Of a stretch of DNA of 64,000 bases, positions 29,401 to 37,916 are shown piece by piece. Below the pieces are notes generated by a model. It had not been told where the DNA came from. It searched no databases and was given only the letters and a program-made list of their open reading frames with translations. Source of the DNA: Anaerolineales bacterium (GTDB lineage: Bacteria; Chloroflexota; Anaerolineae; Anaerolineales; Villigracilaceae); assembly GCA_919902735.1 (NCBI GenBank), contig CAKKRM010000001.1, positions 32,100 to 96,099 on the forward strand, given 5' to 3'. A program made the position numbers and the translations under genes. Position 1 is the stretch's first letter, and each line of letters begins with the position of its first letter.

Positions 29401-31873
29401 TTACGAAAGTCCTGAAGAAGAGTTGGAACAAGAATTACGGATTGAAGACAATTCAAAAATACGAGTAATTTGTCTTCCTACACCTGACACCTTGAATAAT
29501 GTTGACATCTATCTCGATGATGAGTTGGGGTTAACCGAATTGTCACTTTCAAAGCAAACTACTGCCTATTTCGAGGTCGCACCAGGAAATCATAAATTAG
29601 CAATTGTTCCGTTCGGCCAAACAGTTAATGTTAGTCCAATAGCAACGCTAAGTTTAGAAGAGCTAAGAAGTGAAGCGGAGTATTCCATAATACTAGAACC
29701 TTGGAATTCCAAGAAATTGATGCACGGGCGCGTCTTCGAAGACCATCATCAAGTTCTTACTCGTAATGGAGCTGAATTACGATGGATACCTGCCGGGCGA
29801 ATCGAAAAAGTGAATGTATATTTGAACGGACATTTTTCCCCGATCGGTAAGTACCGTTTGATAGATAACCGCCGTCCTGTTTTGCTGGAAATCTACAAGC
29901 ATGAAGGAAAAGAAAAAGGTGAAGAACCATTACTGAAGGATAAATTAGCTATAATGAATGGCGAGAGTAATTCTCTTCTTTTATTTTCGGAAAACGGTAG
30001 TAAAAAAATCCAGTATTCAATTATTTCTGAAATAGATGTTAAACGTCCCGGGGTGATGCGCTCGGAGGATTCCTCACTACCCCTTGTTGCCCAACTACCT
30101 GATTGGTTTTCATCTCCTAGCAAACTGAATTCTTTAGATGCAATTATTGATAGTTATGATTTCGGCGGTGATCACTCTTCCATCATTCGTATTTTACCGA
30201 ATTCCCTTTTTGATAAATTTAGTAAGATGTATAAAAAAGATCAGACAATTGAGATATGTCCTTATATAACCGAGTCGTATCCGGAGCGTAGCCGAGCTTC
30301 TTTGATTGTTACAGAATTAACCACACATCTTGAGATTGCTGTTGATGGTGATGAGGTGCTGTTCTCAGATTATCAATCTGAAAATGCGTTGGAGGAATTG
30401 AGAAAATTCCAACGGATCTCATTTATGATTGATAATATTGATAATGCACACGAAAGAATCTACCTTACAAGGTTGCCTCTCTTGGATGCAGAACTATCCA
30501 AATGGGTCGATAATGAAAAGAAAATATCAGGGGTAGGTGTAGTAGTAGATGTGATTCTCCAGGGTCCTCGGTTGGGATTAATAATTGTGTTTGATTTAGG
30601 TGGAATCCCCGGCTTGAGTGTTTTGGTCCGGGCAGATCGAGTGGTACAAAGTTCACTGAAACCATTGGGAGAATATCATATTGGGGAACAAGTCAAGGCC
30701 CAGCTTAATTTCACAGGGGGAAAAGTGAGAGGGGCCGGTTGGTCGGAAGAAATGCAAGAGAATGTTTCAAACAGGATGCCAAAGGAAATGACGATACAAA
30801 ACGATGGAGGAGAATTCGTTCTTCGTATTGAGCGCCCTATGAGATATTTCGAGCTTGAAAAGCTAATAAATCTTCATTCCAGTCGAATTTACAAAGAAGC
30901 AATGCGCGCTTTATATCGAAGTAGCAATCTTCCTCAAATCGATCTGATAGATCCTCAGCGCATAGCAATGATTGATAAACGTTATCCTTTAGGTGTAATT
31001 GTAGAAAGCTGCATAATCAAAAGAATTATAAAAGACAATGTTGAATTAATAATAGAAGAGCCGAATATTTTGGGAAGTATACATATCAGTGAATGGTCCA
31101 ATACATTTATAGATGATTTGGATAAAGTAGCGAAGACGGGAGATGTAGTTGCCGCAAAGGTTCTTCGGCGAGAAGACAATGGGTTCTTGCGTTTAAGTAG
31201 AAAACATGCTGCGCTCATAGCATACCAGGTAAATGCGAGATATCGAAGTGTAGTGCAAACAGTTGATGATAATGGAGCAGAAATTTTATTGATAAAAACG
31301 GAAAATGGTCAAGTTATTCAACAACCGTTAAGTGGATATGCTCAGAAGTTCCAGTTAAAGTTTGTCCCGAAAGACTCGCCGGATGAATTTCATCCAGAAC
31401 AATTTCTAAAACCAGGACAAGAAGTTATTTGTCGAATACTAAGTATTGATCAAGAAAATGGTCGCATTTTACTTACATTATGGCGTTTCTATGAAGTTAC
31501 GCTCGATGTACTTGCACAAACTAAAGTTGGCTGGTATTTTCAAGAACATCAAAAAAATCGAATAGAACTTGAACGCACAACTGAGACTCAAATTGTTATT
31601 GATAAGGAATTGAATCAAACAGGTAAAATAACTTTATATTCAGCTACTCTCTCAAACATTCAGCGAGCTGTTTCATCTCTGAAGCAAAACTTGAGTGGTT
31701 TACAGGAACGTCGCCAAATAATCATACCTGCTCCGCAACCGCCGAAGGTACGTCCCAAACTTGTATCAGCGCCTGTAATAAGGAGAGTCCGCCTACCCCA
31801 AGTTGCAAGAGAAGAGCCCAAGGGTTGTTTGACAGCTTTATGGGACTGGATTAAGGGTAAATTGAGGCTATAA
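26402..31873 (+). CDS. DEAH/RHA-family (HrpA-like) helicase with N-terminal zinc ribbon and C-terminal S1-like OB folds, 1823 aa
   Basis: CKDC...CPVC ribbon. Motif I EGPTGSGKSTLLP, II IMIDEAHERS, III IASAT, V STNVAETSLTVDGV, VI QRRGRAGR. HA2-like ...LVVRHILDPDGDITEQGLELRSLALDIQTANFL... S1-like GDVVAAKVLRREDNGFLRLSRK and GQEVICRILSIDQENGRILLTL. Confidence 0.9.
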   Translation: MAKEWVAVCKDCNKPFGYSNASFQADITRGFSAPERCPVCRGRHSKEVRSVGLSHFQLKPIGNLPPGLILPPGRLGKIYHDLPPHRLTTLISSFEKYRFGITELDILRVFASLGARFEITPRIQTLLIEESTQMSETEVRKNSDIEFRNNQVVVVEGPTGSGKSTLLPYRLMAPPQEITDPLFFTRRGQIVITQPRVQATRGIPKFVAEQLHGSSLGPGFDVGFKHHNAAETDRRNLLVFVTDGTLINWIINEQLGNLSLIMIDEAHERSLNIDLILGLLKARLPRYPNLKLIIASATIAAQEFITYFGGSERVGHLVFRGISKPVEEHFSPKPILDYEGLHKKSAQAIDIVASKAVSDRVLELLEEIIKEGPTREGDILAFLHSENSIDLAHDQIKESIQKNRKFISTEVFRLYRSLHQTEQDKVLMNKAKVIGNKIIDLMRRNVKGKGKAARSMLALVLDERTARDIADLLRDTGKNDNKYGLEELTIEIAHEEMSKTDLGKLKKHLIMNNQAYLLIATYKAHAKINFTVPQVQIIEDRRVIISTNVAETSLTVDGVVYVIDSGIIKQTTWDPKTLTQRLVSKAHSKAGCRQRRGRAGRIRAGHAYYLYTEDQFAKFEEHTQPEIKRAPLEAVVLSAKAAGVDDIAKFDWFQRTPEMDAELQRSRSALVVRHILDPDGDITEQGLELRSLALDIQTANFLKNADRFSCALEAATLIPILLMKQSLLGGLFLWDPNWDASTRWEVKKRQYGLRGECEDDLALCMKVFAGWESAGKDDHSQEVWARNFMVNHQMLSNYILPERSALLDRLAIATKGEALRPIDFDLLDRLRIVFAYSYPDQLGSSEQYTIDSESICFGQQLPAVVFGRRIPFRTAIEGQPDFRVSLILRLDPNWGNLGQLAPLQLGRLISRVTRSNKGEELYRSPIWDQLSLLKAPIGAKFNCKITAEKSNHVNLTKMIKTPNDVYRRPKGIYILEEEAEEELEVDGAVRSQGKWSRYINYESPEEELEQELRIEDNSKIRVICLPTPDTLNNVDIYLDDELGLTELSLSKQTTAYFEVAPGNHKLAIVPFGQTVNVSPIATLSLEELRSEAEYSIILEPWNSKKLMHGRVFEDHHQVLTRNGAELRWIPAGRIEKVNVYLNGHFSPIGKYRLIDNRRPVLLEIYKHEGKEKGEEPLLKDKLAIMNGESNSLLLFSENGSKKIQYSIISEIDVKRPGVMRSEDSSLPLVAQLPDWFSSPSKLNSLDAIIDSYDFGGDHSSIIRILPNSLFDKFSKMYKKDQTIEICPYITESYPERSRASLIVTELTTHLEIAVDGDEVLFSDYQSENALEELRKFQRISFMIDNIDNAHERIYLTRLPLLDAELSKWVDNEKKISGVGVVVDVILQGPRLGLIIVFDLGGIPGLSVLVRADRVVQSSLKPLGEYHIGEQVKAQLNFTGGKVRGAGWSEEMQENVSNRMPKEMTIQNDGGEFVLRIERPMRYFELEKLINLHSSRIYKEAMRALYRSSNLPQIDLIDPQRIAMIDKRYPLGVIVESCIIKRIIKDNVELIIEEPNILGSIHISEWSNTFIDDLDKVAKTGDVVAAKVLRREDNGFLRLSRKHAALIAYQVNARYRSVVQTVDDNGAEILLIKTENGQVIQQPLSGYAQKFQLKFVPKDSPDEFHPEQFLKPGQEVICRILSIDQENGRILLTLWRFYEVTLDVLAQTKVGWYFQEHQKNRIELERTTETQIVIDKELNQTGKITLYSATLSNIQRAVSSLKQNLSGLQERRQIIIPAPQPPKVRPKLVSAPVIRRVRLPQVAREEPKGCLTALWDWIKGKLRL

Positions 31874-32044
31874 AAACTTGCTTACAAAATCAACTAAGAA
31901 CACATTAATATTTTTGACAGACCCAGGTTATTATCCAAACTTAAATCTTGTAGCAACTTCCATCTTCAATACTCATATTGATCACATCGTTGCCTCTTTA
32001 GAATTGCTTGCTGAGATTGGCTTGCTTCATCCATGCGGCTAAAA

Positions 32045-32593
32045 TCACTCAAATATATATATCCAAAGATAATCCATTTGATATGTATCAATTCCTGTCA
32101 GGCTTTTCCAAGCAAGGGGAAGCTCCAAATCAAAAAGAATACCATTATTCAAAATAGAGAGTTTAAAAGCTTTCACGTTCCTAGACAACGACAAAAGGGG
32201 ATTTTGTTCCGTATACTGCGACAACCGGCTCTGCTTCTGGCGCTTCATCCTTCGGATTTCATTCGGCGAAAGAGATGTGAATACGAATTTACTCGTACGA
32301 TCCCCAGATGCACAAACCAAGGCCTCCGGATTTCTAAATGTTTCAAAACTATGAAGACATGGATCGTAACCTATCGTTTTGGTTGTGATTCCGTTAAGCC
32401 AGCCCAATGGATCAGCAACTTTCACCTCATTTGCAAGTCTTTCACGTTTGATACGTAAATCCTGCACAGCCCAAAGTGTAATTTGCTCTTGCAGGTTATC
32501 AATTGCTTTACGTTGTCTCTCATTTCCCATGCTGATCAACGCGCCGAAGAAGATCACGGCAGATGCCACCACAATAGCAAGAATTATTTCCAT
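32045..32593 (-). CDS. Hypothetical membrane-anchored protein, 182 aa
   Basis: AAGGAG SD. N-terminal TM IILAIVVASAVIFFGALI. Preferred over the antisense ORF 32033..32458. Confidence 0.6.
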   Translation of the reverse strand: MEIILAIVVASAVIFFGALISMGNERQRKAIDNLQEQITLWAVQDLRIKRERLANEVKVADPLGWLNGITTKTIGYDPCLHSFETFRNPEALVCASGDRTSKFVFTSLSPNEIRRMKRQKQSRLSQYTEQNPLLSLSRNVKAFKLSILNNGILFDLELPLAWKSLTGIDTYQMDYLWIYIFE

Positions 32594-32617
32594 TTTCTAA
32601 CTCCTTTTATTTTAGAT

Positions 32618-34816
32618 TTATTCATCATCTTTTGATGAGTCATTGTTGTTCTGATCCAAAATCAGACCGATACTTTCTCTTACCCGATCCAACGCCGCAG
32701 GGCGAGAATCAACCACACTAGCCGATGCAATCACGAGAAACAGACCCAACAAACCAAGCAGTTGCCAGAAAGGTATTGATCTTGTTGGTTGAATAGGCTC
32801 TGGTGAAATTTCCTGAGATGGGACAACTAATACAAGTGTTGGGGTTGCTAACATTTGCGTAGCAGTAAATGTAGCCCGCAGAGTCATCGTTATTGTCGCT
32901 GTCGGCGATGGAGTCATCGTAACTGTCGAAGTCGCCACAAACGGGACAGCTATTATTCCTGTGTCGCTAGCACAAAGATCGTGAATATCGCAGGCAACCG
33001 CCACCACACGATATTCTCCAGAAGGAGCCAAGGTTCCATCCGCAAAATGCCGATTCCAGGATATGGAGCTAGGGACTCTATCTGGATTAAAATCCATCAC
33101 TACTGCCGGCCAGCGACTCTGTGGATCAATAATGGTCACTTTCACGCTGGCAATCGGGAAGTGATTGGGAGAAACTTTCAATTTTCCAGATTCCCAAATC
33201 CACCAGCGCTCTGTAATGGAAACACTAGGTGGGCCGTTATCAACAACCAACGTAAGTGAAACCACATCACCAACATTGCCGGCCTGGTCGATTCCGCGCA
33301 TTTGCAATGTATATTGCCCATTTGGAACTTCGTTTGATTGCCAGGTAAAAGACCAGGTATCACCAGCGTCCATTGTCACAGGCTGCCAGGTCGTTCCGCC
33401 ATCCGTGGATAGTTCACCACCAGCTGCGCCTGATGTTAAATCATCCAATATTCCAGCCAACAAGACATTTCCCTGCACAAGCTCCCCATCCGAATGAGAG
33501 GTGAATTGCGAAACAGGTGGGGCCGTATCTACTTTAATCACATCCGTTTCCATCGCTTCATTTCCAGCGACATCGCGGGCGCGGGCGGCAACAGGATGAA
33601 CACCATCAGTGAAGTGAATTGGGAATGAAATCCAGGTCGCGCCTTCATCCATGCTCCCTGCAACCGAATAAAGACCGGAGATCGTGTCTGATGCGTTTGC
33701 CGACACATCCACTTCCGAGACATACCATCCATTCCTTCCATCCAACGTTGGAAGTACTAAATCGAGAACTGGTGGCGTGCCATCTCGTTGCCATTCGGAT
33801 GATCCACTTGCTGTCCTTCCACTGGTTGAAATCACAGTGTAATTCGCAGTCCCAATACCTTCAGGCAATGGAAGGCTACAGGAACTTCCGCATGTGATGG
33901 GATTCCCATTCAGGTCACCATTGATCGTCACATCAAATCCCTGTGGGTCACTGGCCGTCAACTCCAAAGTTTCTTCTCCTCTGCACCAACCAGCATCTCC
34001 CCAAAGATTGCAGACCACCTGCCCAGCAATCACTGGTGGTAACGGTGTTGGAGTCGGGGAGGGTGTGTTTGTTGGAGTAAATGTAGGTGTAAAGGTTGGC
34101 GTCGAAGTGTTGGTGGGGGTGAATGTTTGCGTAGGCGTTGGCGTCAGAGTATTTGTTGGCGTGAATGTAGGTGTAGCTGTCTGAGTCGGTGTATAGGTTG
34201 AGGTAGGGACCAATGTCGGTGTCGATGTTGCAGACGGAGTAAAGGTTGGCAATGGAGTGGACGTAAAGGTGGGTGTGGATGGCGGTCCAATATAATTCAC
34301 ATCGACAGATCGAAAATCCACATAACCACCAGAAGCCGAAATCGACCACGACCGACAGCCTGCTGGCACGGTTAAGACCATGCTGACGTATCCAGGTAAA
34401 CTGCCTCCTCCGTTATATAGATTCCATGTGTCAACAGCCGAGCAGGCTCGAAGAGTAGCGTTTCCAACATTCGTATCACGAGTAAATTCCACCATGACCT
34501 CAAAGTAGGAGACATTGCGGTCAAACACACCGCTGGCGGTTCCGCCATTACCGAGCCGCGTGACCCACTCCGTACAACTTGAACCACAAGATGCTCCGCC
34601 TTCCTGTGGAGGTAAAGAGGATCCATCCCTGTGGGTGACAACCACATATTGCGCAGAACCGCTCCAATCGATGTAGCCAGTATCATGCGCCTGATCGTAG
34701 GTGCGACCCTCATTCATCGCAATTGCAGATAATGGAGCGGCATTCGTAAAGGCCGCCGTCAGCAGGATGATGACGGAAAGTAAAGATGAAATAAAACCAA
34801 TTCTCACGCGTTGCAT
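32618..34816 (-). CDS. Cell-surface protein: signal peptide, Thr/Pro-rich linker, Ig-like repeats, C-terminal TM anchor, 732 aa
   Basis: N-terminal [21 protein letters not shown], an 84-aa TPTFTPTNT-type linker, repeated beta-rich segments (DTISGLYS...ARDVAGN; [19 protein letters not shown]...GIDQAGN), and a C-terminal [19 protein letters not shown]. Confidence 0.8.
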   Translation of the reverse strand: MQRVRIGFISSLLSVIILLTAAFTNAAPLSAIAMNEGRTYDQAHDTGYIDWSGSAQYVVVTHRDGSSLPPQEGGASCGSSCTEWVTRLGNGGTASGVFDRNVSYFEVMVEFTRDTNVGNATLRACSAVDTWNLYNGGGSLPGYVSMVLTVPAGCRSWSISASGGYVDFRSVDVNYIGPPSTPTFTSTPLPTFTPSATSTPTLVPTSTYTPTQTATPTFTPTNTLTPTPTQTFTPTNTSTPTFTPTFTPTNTPSPTPTPLPPVIAGQVVCNLWGDAGWCRGEETLELTASDPQGFDVTINGDLNGNPITCGSSCSLPLPEGIGTANYTVISTSGRTASGSSEWQRDGTPPVLDLVLPTLDGRNGWYVSEVDVSANASDTISGLYSVAGSMDEGATWISFPIHFTDGVHPVAARARDVAGNEAMETDVIKVDTAPPVSQFTSHSDGELVQGNVLLAGILDDLTSGAAGGELSTDGGTTWQPVTMDAGDTWSFTWQSNEVPNGQYTLQMRGIDQAGNVGDVVSLTLVVDNGPPSVSITERWWIWESGKLKVSPNHFPIASVKVTIIDPQSRWPAVVMDFNPDRVPSSISWNRHFADGTLAPSGEYRVVAVACDIHDLCASDTGIIAVPFVATSTVTMTPSPTATITMTLRATFTATQMLATPTLVLVVPSQEISPEPIQPTRSIPFWQLLGLLGLFLVIASASVVDSRPAALDRVRESIGLILDQNNNDSSKDDE

Positions 34817-34830
34817 ACCAAACTCCTGCG

Positions 34831-35001
34831 CGACTAATATTCCTGAAAATCGCGTAATCCGAGATGAAGGACGAAGAAAAATATGACTGCCAGCACGACA
34901 AGAATGATGCAGGCGATATAGAAAAACTCAATGGGAAGCACAAGTCCCAGTAGAAAGCCGACGAGCAAACCGGCGATAAATCCGATCAGGAGTTTGAGCA
35001 T
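34831..35001 (-). CDS. Small two-TM membrane protein, 56 aa (below the ORF-track cutoff)
   Basis: Hand translation: [55 protein letters not shown]. The ATG lies 1 nt after the stop of the upstream ORF. Confidence 0.45.
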
Positions 35002-35002
35002 G

Positions 35003-35488
35003 TCACTCGTTACCTTCAGATCGCAGAATTCGAGCCAGCGTGCGCGGATCGAGATCGCGCCACCAGGAAATCTCGTTCAGGAGCAGGTGATATTCCCAGA
35101 GCAAGCCTTGCATGGGTAAAGACTCAAACCATCTCTTCAAGCCATTTTTGAGACGATCATCGATACTTCCTTCGCCATGAATAGCAACTTCCACGCAATC
35201 TTGGTCTACAGTCTTCACCCTGCTGCTATGTGATTTCAGCCATTCTAAAAATTTTTGCAGGCGCATCTCATCCAACCGCACAGCTTGACTGGATATATCC
35301 GAAACCATTTGTTCGATCAGAATTTGCATATCATTCATCGTTCCCATCCATTGTCGCGCCGGGACATGACCCAGGCAAAATATAAGACTCCCAATGCAGC
35401 AAGCACACAGGCCAGCGTGCCACCGCAGAACAAGAACAAAAAACGTAGGATGGTCCCGATCATCAAAACCCCAGCCTTCGGTCGTCAT
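35003..35488 (-). CDS. Hypothetical protein (start uncertain)
   Basis: The ORF 35003..35620 overlaps the upstream gene. The most plausible start is MTTEGWGF (35488) or MGTMNDMQ further in. The C-terminal part looks like a soluble helical protein. Confidence 0.4.
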   Translation of the reverse strand: MTTEGWGFDDRDHPTFFVLVLRWHAGLCACCIGSLIFCLGHVPARQWMGTMNDMQILIEQMVSDISSQAVRLDEMRLQKFLEWLKSHSSRVKTVDQDCVEVAIHGEGSIDDRLKNGLKRWFESLPMQGLLWEYHLLLNEISWWRDLDPRTLARILRSEGNE

Positions 35489-37916
35489 CCTGGGGCGCAG
35501 GTTGCGAAACCCTTGCTTCCTGGTTTTCCAAACGTACCGCAAGGAATTCATCCAACAGTTTGGATAGTGCCGGCGGAAGCATTTCCTCCAAAGCTTTAGA
35601 TGCTTTTTCCTGCCAGCCATCGGCGGGCAGATAATCTTCAGGATGAGAAGCGATCACTTCCTCGATCAATGCCTTCACCCGATTACCATCTGCACGTGGC
35701 AAGGGCTTGATCTGAGTCAAGGTCGGCGGCTGCCAACGACCGTCAATACGCGCACGTAACCAACACTGCAAGGAAGGTAGGTCGAGAGTCATGTTTCCAT
35801 AGCGCACAGTGGAACTCAACGTGGCGCGGATCAAGTCGGCATCTTCCGGGTCCGGTGAGAAGAACATCTGCGTGGATGTATTGGCGAGCATGGCCTGTAC
35901 GACCGGCTCCATGCCTTCGACCTTACGCATCATAGACAGCGATTGCGCCAGCACAAACATGCGCGCGCCGAATTTGGCGCCCTCAGCCAACATGGACTCA
36001 AGCCGCATCCCCGAACCGATCTCCTGGGCTTCATCTACGATGAAATAAAAAGGAACGGGTTTCTCCAATGTTGCCTTTCGATAAGCTGCATCGAAGACAT
36101 TGTATAAAACGGAAGCAGTCAGTCTTGCTCCTTCGCGTCCCATCTCACCCGATGGCAAACGTAATACGATCCAGGCTTTCTCTTCGATCCATTGGTTCAT
36201 ATCCACGAATCGCTCTTGGTGCATGGCTGAGAATAACCAGGGAGAGAGTTCCAACGCCATCACTTTGGAGAGCACTGGGCTGATCACTTCTGTGACCCAG
36301 CCTTGACTCCACTTATCTCCTTCGCCGGTTTGTCCAAGCAAGGCATCCAGGGCAAGCGCACCCATGCGTTCCCCAGGAGGAAGCAATGCCATTGCCTTAT
36401 GTCGCCATGATTTATTGAACGCCATGAAGACGACATGTAGCAGTCCCAACCCAGCATCCGGATGGTTTTGATTCCAGACATGCGCGATGCGAAATAATCC
36501 AAGCAAGGCGGCCTGCATACGCGGACCCCAGTAGTCCTCCCAGATACGCCGGCCAATTTGAATAATGGCATTGCCTGCCCAAGTGAATTCGGGCACGGCC
36601 AGTAAATTCAATGGAATGACCTGTGGTTGGTCTGGCGTGATGATCCGTAATCTTTTGATCGCCTTCTGACGTTGTTCTTCCGGCAATTGTGCAATCGCGT
36701 CGAGGAAGGCGTCCGCCAGTGAGACATGCGGGTCGGTCAGGAAGATACCGGGTGCATCATCACCGCGAGCAAGTAGTTGCTCCAACATGGCAAAGACAAA
36801 GGACGATTTACCACTACGGCTGCCGCCTGTTGCCATTCCATGTCCATCGGGATCCACACCAACCAGCTCTCCAGTAGCCACACTATTTCCAATTTTGAAT
36901 CCAGCTTCCAGTAAGGGTTGCGACGGTGGTGGCGCCGGCACTTCCTGCCAGACTGCGCGATCCAACAGCCCACTGCCTTCGCCCATTTGAAGCGGAGCGA
37001 TCAGGCCGGCGAGTTCACCTGCTGGCAATGGAAAACCATGTTCCCGAATTTCAGGCCACAGATTTGCAAGCGTCCTCCATGATTGTTCACCTGCAAATAA
37101 TGGGAGATCAATTGGAGAAGATAAAGTCAGCGCAACTTTTAGCAATGGCTCTTGAATTCGCTTTTCAAGAATTTCTTTTGGGATCGAACGCCATTCCAAC
37201 CAATTGCGAATTCCAAAGGCAGAAGCAATACAAAGTGCGCCGCCTGCAACCACAATCAGGATTTCAGGAAGAGGATTGAACCAGCCTGCACTCCAGATGC
37301 CTGCACTGATGCCGGCCATGATGATCCCGAGGAACAATATGGCGCGCAGGAAATCCAACTGCATCCCCCACGGATTCGGAGTATTGTTCTCCACGCCGCC
37401 TTCGGTTCCATATGAATAGGATGAGAGTGCCCGCAGCTTTTCCTGTAACTGCCCATCATTGCCAAGCAGCCAGAGCCTGAGACCTGCTTCTTTTCCATCA
37501 CGAGCCGCACTGATCAGCCGACTGCCAATGGCCAACATTGGATCACTGTCTTTTGCGGAGGCAATCAGGGATGGCAAACGATTGGAAGAATGGAAGGCAT
37601 ACCCAGAGCCACGCAGGTCCACCGTCCCCAACTTTCGCCACCGCGAGTGTTGACCTGTCATCGCTGCCCAGGCTTGCACGACTCCATCAGCGATATTCGG
37701 TGGGAGATATAAACGAACCCGCAATCCTTTTGGCGATGCAATCCATTCGATCACTGCTGGAAAAGGAAGCTGCCCGATCCAACTCATGACTTGAGCACGC
37801 AGATCGTCCAATGCGTGTGGGGCAAAGAGCAATTCCCAACCCTGCCATTGTCCATTACAAAGAGGGCAGTCAGTAGGACTGGATGCAAATTCAAAACCAC
37901 ATTTCATACAAATCAT
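35463..37916 (-). CDS. VirD4/TraD-like coupling-protein-type ATPase with N-terminal zinc ribbon and TM helices
   Basis: Start moved to MICMKCGF (ATG 37916..37914), which forms an ATGA overlap with the upstream stop. CMKC...CPLC ribbon; TM helices LRAILFLGIIMAGISAGIW and ILIVVAGGALCIASAF; Walker A ATGGSRSGKSSF; Walker B FYFIVDEAQEI. Confidence 0.55.
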   Translation of the reverse strand: MICMKCGFEFASSPTDCPLCNGQWQGWELLFAPHALDDLRAQVMSWIGQLPFPAVIEWIASPKGLRVRLYLPPNIADGVVQAWAAMTGQHSRWRKLGTVDLRGSGYAFHSSNRLPSLIASAKDSDPMLAIGSRLISAARDGKEAGLRLWLLGNDGQLQEKLRALSSYSYGTEGGVENNTPNPWGMQLDFLRAILFLGIIMAGISAGIWSAGWFNPLPEILIVVAGGALCIASAFGIRNWLEWRSIPKEILEKRIQEPLLKVALTLSSPIDLPLFAGEQSWRTLANLWPEIREHGFPLPAGELAGLIAPLQMGEGSGLLDRAVWQEVPAPPPSQPLLEAGFKIGNSVATGELVGVDPDGHGMATGGSRSGKSSFVFAMLEQLLARGDDAPGIFLTDPHVSLADAFLDAIAQLPEEQRQKAIKRLRIITPDQPQVIPLNLLAVPEFTWAGNAIIQIGRRIWEDYWGPRMQAALLGLFRIAHVWNQNHPDAGLGLLHVVFMAFNKSWRHKAMALLPPGERMGALALDALLGQTGEGDKWSQGWVTEVISPVLSKVMALELSPWLFSAMHQERFVDMNQWIEEKAWIVLRLPSGEMGREGARLTASVLYNVFDAAYRKATLEKPVPFYFIVDEAQEIGSGMRLESMLAEGAKFGARMFVLAQSLSMMRKVEGMEPVVQAMLANTSTQMFFSPDPEDADLIRATLSSTVRYGNMTLDLPSLQCWLRARIDGRWQPPTLTQIKPLPRADGNRVKALIEEVIASHPEDYLPADGWQEKASKALEEMLPPALSKLLDEFLAVRLENQEARVSQPAPQDDDRRLGF

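Noticed and set aside
33894-34184. Plus-strand ORF rich in GVGVGV repeats, and the other ORFs nested in 32855..34713
   Set aside because: They are the reverse-complement reading of the Thr/Pro linker and beta-rich domains of the 732-aa surface-protein gene.
34831-35001. Reading the 56-aa membrane protein as an Flp-type pilin ([10 protein letters not shown] resembles the G/xxxxEY processing motif)
   Set aside because: The putative leader is entirely hydrophobic rather than charged, the E-Y pair is E-F-F-Y, and no prepilin peptidase is nearby. The resemblance is too weak.
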